Source of the DNA: the human T2T-CHM13v2.0 reference genome, Homo sapiens
Reading direction: 5' to 3' (one strand)
Assembly (NCBI RefSeq): GCF_009914755.1
Contig: NC_060936.1
Length of the DNA stretch: 64,000 nt
This document shows, piece by piece, positions 1 through 12,829 of this stretch. The notes beneath the pieces are model-generated. The model searched no databases. It was not told where the DNA came from and was given only the letters and a program-made list of their open reading frames with translations. The translations under genes were made by a program, and so were the position numbers. The stretch's first letter is position 1. Each line of letters opens with the position of its first letter.

Positions 1-13
1 TGTTAATTTGTAC

Positions 14-315
14 TTATTTATTTATTTTTAAAGACAGGGTCTCGCTCTGTCATGCACGCTGAAGTGCAGTAGCGCAATAATAGCTCACTGCAGCCTCCAA
101 CTCCTGGGCTCAAGCAATCCTCCTGCCTCAGCCTCCTGAGTAGTTGGGACCACAGATGTGCAACACCATGATTGACTAATTATTATTTATTTGTAGAGAT
201 GGGGTCGCACTATGTTGCCCAGGCTGGTCTTGAACTCCTGGCCTTAAGGGGTTCTTTTGCTTCTGCCTCCCAAAGTGTTGGGATTATAGGCATGAGTGAG
301 CCACCACGCCCAGCC
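14..315 (-). mobile_element. AluJ
   Basis: Reverse Alu with J-type features (GACAGGGTCTC, CTCCTGGGCTCAAGCAATCC), diverged. Confidence 0.9.
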
Positions 316-672
316 CAGGAGTCTTCTCTTAAAATGCCACAGCCTCTTGGAGAGGCTTCCTGTTTCTAGCCGTGGCAGGAGATCAGCATGGCCTTTTGGA
401 GATGAAATCTAAGAGGTAGGGTCAAGCCACCCCTAGATTCCTGCTTTCTTTGCGCACCTTCCCAACATTGCCTCTATTAGAGAAATTCCCAAACCTTTTC
501 TTTCTGTGGAAACTGCAGCAGAGCAGAAGACTCCAGGGACCTCCCCATGCCTCTCCAAGAAAATTATTGCCAAGCAGTCCTCATAGGCATTCATAGGATG
601 ATGGCGTGGCTTTAAAGAAACACCTAAGGGAATATCTGTTTTTTTGGGTGGTTGTTTTAAATCAATTATCTT

Positions 673-983
673 GTTGTTGTTGTTGTTGTTTTTTTTTTTT
701 TTTGAGACGGAGTTTTGCTCTTGTTGTCCAGGCTGCAGTGCAGTGGTGCAGTCTCGGCTCACCACAACCTCCGCTCCTGGGTTCAAGCGATTCTCCTGCC
801 TCAGCCTCCCGAGTAGCTGGGATTACAGGTGGCTGCCACTACTCCTGGCTAATTTTGTATTTTTAGCAGAGATGAGGTTTCTCCATGTTGGTCAGGCTGG
901 TCTCGAACTCCTGACCTCAGGTGATCCTCCAGCCTCAGCCTCCCAAAGTACTGCGATTACAGGCGTGAGCCAACACGCCCGGC
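673..983 (-). mobile_element. AluSp with (TTG)n/poly-T tail
   Basis: GAGTTTTGCTCTTGTTG and CTCCATGTTGGTCAGG are Sp-type diagnostics. TSD AAATCAA(T/T)(T/A)ATCTT at 659-672 and 986-999. Confidence 0.9.
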
Positions 984-997
984 AAAAATCAATAATC

Positions 998-2156
998 TTT
1001 TTTTTTTTTTTTTTTTAAATTTATTTTTTTATTGATAATTCTTGGGTGTTTCTCACAGAGGGGGATTTGGCAGGGTCATGGGACAATAGTGGAGGGAAGG
1101 TCAGCAGATAAACAAGTGAACAAAGGTCTCTGGTTTTCCTAGGCAGAGGACCCTGCGGCCTTCCGCAGTGTTTGTGTCCCTGATTACTTGAGATTAGGGA
1201 GTGGTGATGACTCTTAACGAGCATGCTGCCTTCAAGCATCTGTGTAACAAAGCACATCTTGCACCGCCCTTAATCCATTTAACCCTGAGTGGACACAGCA
1301 CATGTTTCAGAGAGCACAGGGTTGGGGGTAAGGTCACAGATCAACAGGATCCCAAGGCAGAGGAATTTTTCTTAGTGCAGAACAAAATGAAAAGTCTCCC
1401 ATGTCTACTTCTTTCTACACAGACACGGCAACCATCCGATTTCTCAATCTTTTCCCCACCTTTCCCGCCTTTCTATTCCACAAAACCGCCATTGTCATCC
1501 TGGCCCGTTCTCAATGAGCTGTTGGGTACACCTCCCAGACGGGGTGGTGGCCGGGCAGAGGGGCTCCTCACTTCCCAGTAGGGGCGGCCGGGCAGAGGCG
1601 CCCCTCACCTCCCGGACGGGGCGGCTGGCCGGGCGGGGGACTGACCCCCCCCACCTCCCTCCCGGACGGGGCGGCTGGCCAGGCAGAGGGGCTCCTCACT
1701 TCCCAGATGGGGCGGCGGGGCAGAGGCGCTCCCCACATCTCAGACGATGGGCGGCCGGGCAGAGACGCTCCTCACTTCCTAGATGTGATGGCGGCTGGGA
1801 AGAGGCGCTCCTCACTTCCTAGATGGGATGGCGGCCGGGCGGAGACGCTCCTCACTTTCCAGACTGGGCAGCCAGGCAGAGGGGCTCCTCACATCCCAGA
1901 CGATGGGCGGCCAGGCAGAGACACTCCTCACTTCCCAGACGGGGTGGCGGCCGGGCAGAGGCTGCAATCTCGGCACTTTGGGAGGCCAAGGCAGGCGGCT
2001 GCTCCTTGCCCTCGGGCCCCGCGGGGCCCGTCCGCTCCCTCCCGGGCGGCGCTCCCGGCGCGGCGGCAAAGACTGAGACAGCTCCGCTGCCCGCTGAACT
2101 CCATCCTCCCGGCGGTCGGGCGGCGGCGGCTGCCGCTTGTGTAGTTTTAAATGTTC
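998..2156 (-). mobile_element. SVA_F1 retrotransposon (MAST2-SVA fusion), 5'-truncated, short VNTR
   Basis: Read on the minus strand: MAST2 exon-1 fragment (2133-1999), short Alu-like remnant (CCGCCTGCCTTGGCCTCCCAAAGTGCCGAGATTGCAGCC), VNTR (~1960-1530), SINE-R (~1530-1020), AATAAA and poly-A (poly-T at 998-1016 on plus). No (CCCTCT)n hexamer. TSD AAAATCAATAATCTTT at 985-1000 and 2157-2172. Confidence 0.96.
1999..2133 (-). pseudogene. MAST2: Transduced fragment of MAST2 exon 1 (CpG-rich) spliced to the SVA Alu-like domain
   Basis: Minus strand translates QPPPPDRREDGVQRAAELSQSLPPRR...ERTGPAGPEGKEQ, which matches my recollection of the MAST2 N-terminus. It ends ...GGCAAGGAGCAG exactly at the SVA internal acceptor (CCCAG|CCGCCTGCC). 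The MAST2 start codon is truncated away. Confidence 0.92.
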
Positions 2157-2629
2157 AAAATCAATAATCTTTAATACAGTCTTGATTCAAGTCAGGAACT
2201 AAAACATAGATACTGCCACATCCTAAACCCAGTGCTGTAGGGACTGGTCTGTGCACCCTGGTGTTTCTGAGACCTTGCAGCCACCTCTACCTCCCGATTC
2301 CCCACGACTCCAGGGTCTGCACTGCCTGCTAGAGAACTGACTTACTGGCATGGGACTTCTGCGGCCTCACTGGCATTCTTAGAGGCAGGGGCATTTCTAA
2401 CATCTCTCCTAAGTATCTCTTGTGCATTGTCTCTTTATTCCTTCTGAAGAGCAGAGGCCTTGGTTTTCCATTCACTGGTGCTTTCCCTGTTTTCTCATTG
2501 CCTGGCACCTGGTGGACACAGAAATATTTTTTGAATGAATGAATGAATGAATGAATATTGCACTTGTGATCTAAGAGATGTGGCCCTAATCTCATCCATT
2601 TCCCCAGGACACTTAGACGCTTGCTTTAA

Positions 2630-2974
<345 letters not shown>

Positions 2975-4734
2975 GAGGATCTTTCTTAAGTCAGGAGCTC
3001 CTTGTTAAAGTGTCTATGGCTCTGGGAGGGGAGTTATGCTGCCTTTCCCAAAAGAGGTGGCGAGGACGTTGAGGGAAGAGGAGGCCACTGCTCAGAATTT
3101 CATGCTGAGGATACTGAGGCTGGCTTTCCTTGGGTGTCTGGGCAGTTGAGCAGAGGAGGCTGGAGCCAGGCTTTCTGGATTGTGACCCAGATTCTGTCGT
3201 TTCTCTCCCCCTCCCATGCCTGCTCCCGTCTTCGTCAGCTCGACCCAGGGTCACCTCAGAGCTCCCAGCAGAGTCTGTGGGCAGCTTTGGAGGAAAACAT
3301 GCGCCCAAAATGGCCAAATCCATGAGGACTTGAGAGAGGCACGTGTGTGGCTATTTTGGGTTTGGTGGGCTGAGCTCAGATCTCTCTGGCATTCCCAGCC
3401 ACTGGCTTCTGAGAATTGAGCAGAATGGAAGGATGTTAAAAAGCGAGGCTCCAGGAGCAGCCCAAGAATTTGCTCATTCTTTACCTCTGGGAGGAGGTGC
3501 TCACCCCGGAACCCACAAGGAGGAATGGGGCTGAGGGAAGGGACTATGGCAGGGAGGGGGCAGGGGAAGAGAGGGAAAGTTCAAGACGATTTCCTCTTCC
3601 TCTTCTGTGACTTCCTGGAGGAGGGGTGGCAAGTACAGTGCTGGCCCAGGGCCAGTCTGATAAGGTAGCAGGACTTAGAGCCCAGAGGAACGGCTCCCCC
3701 CGCAATCCATGCCTCTGGGGGAGTTGCCTGGTAACAGCCATTGGCTGGGGTGGTGCATCAGCCTCTCTGCCTCTCTGAATGTCTCTTTCAATTTCTCTAT
3801 CCTTCTCCCACATCAGGCTAGGGACAGCTCTGGTCTCAAATGACTGGGGAGTCTTCATCTCTTTCTCCCTTCCCCAGAGTCAGGCAGAGAAGCCCCTTTC
3901 ACTCAGTGCACATGAGGGAGACATGTGAGCACCTCCTCCGTGGAAGTTCAGGAGCTCAGTGATGCCGGGGTCTGTCTTTGCCCCTGAGGAGCTAGTGTGG
4001 ACGTGTGGAGACACGCATGTGTAGATGTGCACCGATGCAGGACGTCGGCCAGAGTGCAGAGTGCAGAGTGCAGCCGGATGTGACAGGCAGAGCGGGTCAG
4101 TGGGAAGAGCTGCCCAGTAGGAGTCAGGGCCCCCAGCTGGCCTGGGGCAAGTCATGTCATTTCTTGGTGCCTCAGATTTTTCCATCTGTCAAGTGAGGGG
4201 TTTATGATGCCTGAAGTCCTTTCTGGCTTAAGAGTTACCTGATTCCAGGAGTTGCAGGGAGAAGAGCCTTAAAGATGGGTAGAATGTTTTCATTGCCTCT
4301 GTCTTTGTTCCAAATTGGGTCTACCCTTGGACCCATCTCAGCTGGGTTGTTCCCATGAAGAGGGGGCAGGCTGAGGGCTCAGGTGTTACACTCGGATCCC
4401 AGACCTCGCTTCTGTTCTCTGGACCCTCCTGTTAGGAAAACTGCCAAATTTGCCTTTAGGTTCAGAAAATCAGTTGCACCTGTCTAGAACAAGGTGGTTC
4501 ATCCTTGGCCTGCAAGGGAGGGCTGAGTGACTGCCTGAGACCCACAGAGCCTGCTGGGGACTGACATCTGCTCCCATCCAGCCTCGTTCTTCGCTTAGAG
4601 TCACTTTGTCCGTATTGTTTCTGTAATGCCAAATTACTTGTAGCTCTTTCTTCCTTTCCCAGTCATGAGGTTTCATTTTTCATTGTTCTCAGTGTGATCT
4701 ACCTTGCTTGAAATGCTTCCCGGATATGGCATTG

Positions 4735-6610
<1,876 letters not shown>

Positions 6611-7069
6611 AGTCCAGACCTTGTGGCTTTACCAGGGCTGTCCCCAGGAGTCCTGCATTATTTGAAGACTCACCCCAGGCATCACCTCATTTCCTGGTGT
6701 CATCCTTCTGCACTGGGGTGGGTGCCTCTAGGAAACACTCCTACAAGAACCCATAAGCAGCATGTTCTTTTCCCCTTACTTAATTTATCTAGCTTTGTTG
6801 TTATCTCTCTAAGTTGGCTGTGTCTTTGAGTACAAAGATGATATGGTGTTTTTCTCATTATCCCTTGTACCTAGCTCAGTGCTAGGTGGCCAATGTTTGT
6901 TGATTGAACAAGTAAATGAGAATAAATGGAAGACAATATAAGTGAACCATGCTTCATGGTTACTAAGAAGAACAGTACCATCCCGGGTGTGGAGCTTGGG
7001 CTCCCAGGAGCTCAGATCACACCTGTAGCATTGGGTTTACTTAATTCTGGTTGGGGCATTGGCAAGTCT

Positions 7070-7410
7070 GAAGTCATCTGGAGGAGGGTGACTGGGAGAA
7101 CGGAAACTACACTCCATAGGAATTGGATGAAGGATTTGGGAATGTTCATTCTGTTGGGAAATTGTCTTTTATGGAGTACTATTGGAGGGGGGCATAATAA
7201 CAGTTTTCCAACATGTGTAGGATTGAGGACTGAACTTAGGACTCTTGGTGAAGGATTCTAGGCCATTAGATTTGGGTCTAGGTCCAGGAAGAACTTTCTG
7301 AAAATTGAACCATCCAGCAGAGAAATGGGTACCTTGAAGATAGTGAGCTCCCTGTTGCTGCTGGGATTTAAGCCAAACCCACGTCTGTTGCTTAGGGATG
7401 CTGTGTTTGG
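7070..7410 (+). mobile_element. L3/CR1 LINE 3' fragment
   Basis: GAAGGATTTGGGAATGTTCA...AGGAAGAACTTTCTG...GTGAGCTCCCTG resembles the CR1/L3 3' end. Confidence 0.55.
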
Positions 7411-8121
7411 AGTTGTAAAGTTAACCAAGATGTTGCATGAGATATCTCTTAGATGCCACTCTACACAATTTTGGATCTTACTCCTCCTCTGAGCCCCATG
7501 ATTCATCCTCTGGCAGCCTCCCATCCCCAGCCTACACACACATCCAGAAAACACACCTGGAATGTGCTCCTTACTACTGTTTTATGAAACAAGCACCCCT
7601 TGTTTCCTGCCTAAAGTGGATTCTTCTCGGGCCTCACGGACTGGCTGCTACCACCCCTGGGCGGTGTCTGTGCTCATCTCCATCCTTCTGACTTCGGCCT
7701 GACTGGCACCCCATTGATCTGGGTCAGCCCCTTCTGTCAGCACCTTGTCCCATTGTCTCCTGTGTCTGGAGACACAGTGCCTTTGAGACAGAGGATGGCT
7801 CTGATTAGCCCGTTGTTTTCCCTGCTCCCTGGTGGCTGGGAGGCTCCCAGCGAAGCCTGGCGGCCTTGCTGCAGCCATTCCACTGCTCAGGAATATGGCT
7901 CTGAATGGATACTGTCACCCTTGATCTGTTCATCCGCTCCTTTCTCTGGGTCTCATGTCTCTTCCCCTAGGGTCTTTCTTTTCCTCGGACTGGAAGCTCC
8001 TGAGGAGGTGTCACCCCACTGGGTCGAGGATGGTTTGCTGCACATTGTAGAGGCTCAGTTAGTAGTGGTGCTGGCAGAACTCTTGAGAGAATCTTGCACG
8101 CACCTGCTCTTTCCCCCTGCC

Positions 8122-8429
8122 TTTTTTTCTTTTTCTTTTTTTTTGAGTTGGGACCTCATTCTGTTGCTCAGGCTGGACTACTGTAGTGTGATCATGACTC
8201 ACTGCAACTTCTGACTCCTGGGTTCAAGCGATCCTTCTGCCTCACCCTCCTAAGTAGCTGGGACTGCAAGCTCATGCCATCATGCCCTGCCAACATTTTT
8301 AAAATTTTTTTGTAGAGGCGGAGTCTTGCTATTTTGCCCAGGCTGGTCTCGAACTCCTGGCCTGAAGTGATCCTTTTGCCTTGGCTCCCAAAGTGCTGGG
8401 GTTACAGGTATAAGCTGCTTACCCTGGCC
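8122..8429 (-). mobile_element. AluJ
   Basis: Diverged reverse Alu. Confidence 0.88.
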
Positions 8430-8438
8430 AAGGAGGAA

Positions 8439-8740
8439 TTTTTTTTTTTTTTTTTTTAGACAGAGTCTTGCTCTGTCACCTAGGCTGGAGTGCAGTGGCG
8501 CGATCTCAGCTCACTACAAGCTCCGCCTCCCACCAGGTTCATGCCATTCTCCTGCCTCAGCCTCCTGAGTAGCTGGGACTACAGGCGCCCGCCACCACGC
8601 CCGGCTAATTTTTTGTATTTTTAGTAGAGATGGGGTTTCACCATGTTAGCCAGGATGGTCTCGATCTCCTGACCTCGTGATCCGACCGCCTCGGCCTTCC
8701 AAAGTGCTGGGATTACAGGCGTGAGCCACTGCGCCTGGCC
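8439..8740 (-). mobile_element. AluY, in tandem next to the preceding AluJ
   Basis: Y diagnostics (AAGCTCCGCC, CCTCGTGATCC), flanked by GGAGGAAT repeats. Confidence 0.9.
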
Positions 8741-10341
8741 CCAGGGAGGAATGTTTTTTTGAGAGCTATTGCACAGCATGGTGACTACAGTAAATAATAA
8801 CATGTTGCATATTTCAAAATTGGATCTGGAACAGAGGTCACTTAACCCATATTTGTGGACTGAATGAGTGAGCCCCAGAGAGGGACATCCCAGTGTCCAG
8901 GTGGCCAGGACAGTGTTCCACCCAACCTGCCCATCTTTTGAATGAGGAAGATGAACTCACGAGGTGAAGCCATGTGCTTCAGGCCACTTGCTGTTAGGTG
9001 GGAGAGCCTGTCTAGAAACCTACATGTTCTGCCTCCTAGTTTCCAGCTGGCTCCCTTGGGGGATGTCAAGACAGTAATAAAAACATGATATAATCTCAGT
9101 CAGCGTTGACCAAGTACATTCTGTCGTGATGTGCAGAGTTTTGTCCTACTTCTTAAAATGCACTCACTGAAAAGAGATTTCCTGAGCCTGTTCTCTATTC
9201 CCCTTGGCTGCCGTCACCAGTTCCTGCCTCAGAACACACTTGCCCTCAATGTGACTATGATGAAAATATATTCACTATTTTTGTCAGCCTCGTCCGCGGT
9301 AGCTGTTGTCTGCATGCTGTTTTAGGTCAACTAATATTTTACTGAGGATTCTTATGTTGGTTATCTTTCCATTCCTCACGTGCTTATCTGTATGGGATTT
9401 GCTCACTTATGCTTTAGCTGAACACTCATTGAACACTTCTGGTGTGCAGGCAGGCTCTAGGAACCAGGGACTCAGTGGTGAATCGGACTGGACGTGCCCA
9501 CCTGGGGACCTCAAAGGTCCCTAAACTGGGACTGCAAGTTGGCCTGGGGGATGCTGCTGGGAGAAATCATTTTGGGGTCTTTGTCTCTGTAGGGCTCCCC
9601 ACCATGCCATGCACGAACATGTATTCCTAGACACTGCTCCTGTTGTCTCTTGGCTGTGACTTTGGGAAGTGGCTGGGATGAGGCAGCCACCAGCCTCAAA
9701 GGACTAGCACCTGGAGAGTGGGAAAGTGGGCTTAGGGCTTGTGTTTCTGGTCCCAGCCTCTGCTTGGTTCACACTAAGTGTCCTCAGCCTCATCCCACAG
9801 ATATTTGAAGGGCTCCTCTGGCCAAGCACTGCTCCCGGCTCTGGGGCTGCAGGAGTGAGGAAAAATCCCTGCCCTCAAGAGCTCATATGTTGGTGGAGGA
9901 GACAGACAATGAAAATTGGTGTATATCAGGAGGTGGCAAATGCTATGGAGGACAGTAAAGCAGGGCGGGACGGGAGGATGAGGCGGGGTCAGGGAGCCGT
10001 GAAGGCGTTACTGAGGAGCTGGCATTTCAGGAGAGACTGGAAGACAGGGAGGGAGTGAACCTGTGAACATCTTGGGGTGGTGCCTCCTGGGGCAGCGGGA
10101 GTAGGAGGTGGGAGCACATGAGGCCTGTTCAAGGCTGGTACAGCTGGAGGGGAGTGAGCAAGGGGAAGGTCATGGGATTTGGATTATCTAGGCCATCTTA
10201 GGGGCTTTAGCTCTTATGGCAGAAGAGATGGGAGCCATGGAGGGCTTTGAGCAAAGGAGTGGGAGAGCTGGCATACATTTCAAAAGGATTGCTGTGGCTG
10301 CTCGGTAGAAAATCGGTAAGTGACAGTAGCAGTACTAATAA

Positions 10342-10657
<316 letters not shown>

Positions 10658-11724
10658 TCTAATCACTGTTAGCTACCAAGTGCTTATCGTGTGCCTGGCT
10701 CGGTGCAGACTCTTTGTGGCACCTCATTTAATCCGCCCAGCAACTTTACTCCAATTTACTTAGCAAGAAGTTCAGAGAAAGTAAACATTTTGTCCGAGGA
10801 TACAGAGCTAAAAGGTGGTGGAGCCAGCTGTCAGCTTAGGTCAGGCAGGTTCCAAAGGTTGTGCCCTGGACTCTTGTCCATATTTCCAGAGCAAAAGGGC
10901 CGGTCATTTAGGACAACAGTGGACAGGCGTGTGGGGGTGATGGGCAGGGGGACCCTGTTCCTGTTGTTTGGCTGCTCTCAGGCGTTCAGCTGGTCACCCT
11001 GGGAGAGGGGTGAGGGCAGGCCCTCTGCTTTAACTCACTTGTGTGGTAGGAGGAAAAGCAAATTGTTTCCAGATGAGGGGAGGCTGCCTGGGGAGTGGAA
11101 TTTGTGCCCCGTCTGCGCACAGCAGCCTCTCTGGGCCTACAGGACCCTGTGTCTTTGTGTTCAGACAAGCCCTGCTGTGTAGAGGCCTGAGCTTTCTGCC
11201 GCCGACTTGGGCTCAGTGCCCCGAGGCAGGCAGATGGAGGAGTGCGGCAGATGTGCCGTCCTCTCCCAGGGGAGGGAAGCTCCTTCTGTTTCCGAGTGAA
11301 GTCTGGGCCAACATGCCCCGTATTTTACCTATCCCTTTCCTTCTAAGTAGTTCAGATCACTTTCAGAACGTCACTTCCATAATCCTTATATTTATTGCTC
11401 CCTGAGGAAGTAAGGAAGATATTTTTCCTTGTCTTAAAAAAAAAAAAAAAAAGCTACAGGCTGGAAAAATTGGGGTCAGAGAGTAAGGCTGGGGTGGAGC
11501 AAGGGAGGGAACCCAGGAGCCTAGGCCTCTGTGCAGCTTGCCTTGAGAGGGGCAGGGAGGGAAGAGGCGAGCTGAGCGGGAAACAGGGGCTTCTGGATTT
11601 GGGGGTGCTTCCTTTTCTGTTAACCATGTGCTTTGGTGTCTGAATCCCGGTGGGGTGAGGGTCCCTGCCCTACCTAGTAGCTGTCTCAAGGAGTGTACAT
11701 GCCCCTGGGGGCCTAGGGCCTGCT

Positions 11725-12180
11725 TTGTGTGCACGCGCGTGCACACACACACTCACACACACGCACACACGCGCACGCACACACGCGCACACGCTCATAC
11801 ACACTCACGCACACGCTCATACACACTCACGCACACATGCGCGCACACGCACACGCGCACACACACGTTCATACACACGCTCACACACGTTCACACACAC
11901 ACGCTCACACACACATGCACACATGGTCACGGGCACTCATGTTCTCAGGTGTGCTTGGTCCCATCCACACTCATCACCGCCTCCCTTACCCTCACGTGCT
12001 CATTCGTATGTGCAGCGCACACTCAGTCTTGCACACACACACTCATATACCCCCTTACCCCTCACCCACTCCATCCTCACCCCATGTGCACCTACACATA
12101 GCATGCACACTCGCTCTTGTGCGCGCACGCACACACACACATGCCTGCCCATGCTGTGGCTCTCACACACACGTGCGTGA
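11725..12180. repeat. Complex (CA/CG)n low-complexity tract
   Basis: CACACACGCGCACGCACAC... over ~450 bp, with a less pure centre. Confidence 0.95.
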
Positions 12181-12521
12181 TTGGTTAGTTCGCCTGTGCA
12201 TATACCCACCTATGCCCACAGGGAGGTGTTTGGGGGACACATGTCAGAGACGGGCACCAACAGCTGGCAGCTGACTTGGCATGGGAGTTTCTGACAGTGG
12301 TGGAGTCCCACAATAATGGCTTTTAGCTTACCACATCCTGTGCCTCAGTTTACCCCTCTTGTATAATAGAGAGAGCTTGGAGAGACTGAGGACACAGGAG
12401 ACACAGGTGGTTGAGTGTTCTGAGATCTGCAGACTGGGAGGCATTATGCCTGTAAAATGTAAAGTTAACAAAGGCAGAAACTGGTGGTGGGAAGTGGAGG
12501 AGGTCCTTAAAAAGAAAGATG

Positions 12522-12829
12522 GGACTGGGCCTGGTGGCTCACGCCTGTAATCCCAGCGCTTGGGGAGGCTGAGACAGAAGGATCACTTGAGCCCAGAAAT
12601 TTGAGTTCACCCTCAGCAACATAATGAGAACCCTGTCTCTGCAAAAAATAAAAAAATTGGCCACACGGGGTGGCATGTGCCTGTAGTCACAGCTGCTTGG
12701 GAGGTTGAGGTGGGGGGATCACCTGAGCCCAGGAGTTCGAGTCTGCAGTGAGCCGTGACGGTGCCACTGCACTCCAGCCTGGGCAACAGAGTGAGACCCT
12801 GTCTCGACAAAACAAAACAAAACAAAACA
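12522..12829 (+). mobile_element. AluJ
   Basis: Forward Alu with (CAAAA)n tail. Confidence 0.9.

Noticed and set aside
673-983. AluSp as a 3' transduction brought in by the SVA
   Set aside because: The perfect TSD pair closes directly at the SVA poly-A, and the Alu has its own older, mismatched TSD copy. An orthologue check would confirm this.
1999-2133. The real MAST2 locus or a native CpG-island promoter
   Set aside because: The fragment is truncated, lacks the ATG and intron donor, and is fused to SVA inside TSDs.
1021-2167. Several overlapping ORFs of 78-145 aa
   Set aside because: They are translations of SVA SINE-R/VNTR and of the MAST2 fragment in antisense or shifted frames, not genes.
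11628-12274. His/Thr-rich ORFs of 151-181 aa
   Set aside because: Artefacts of the (CA)n tract, open in all three frames.
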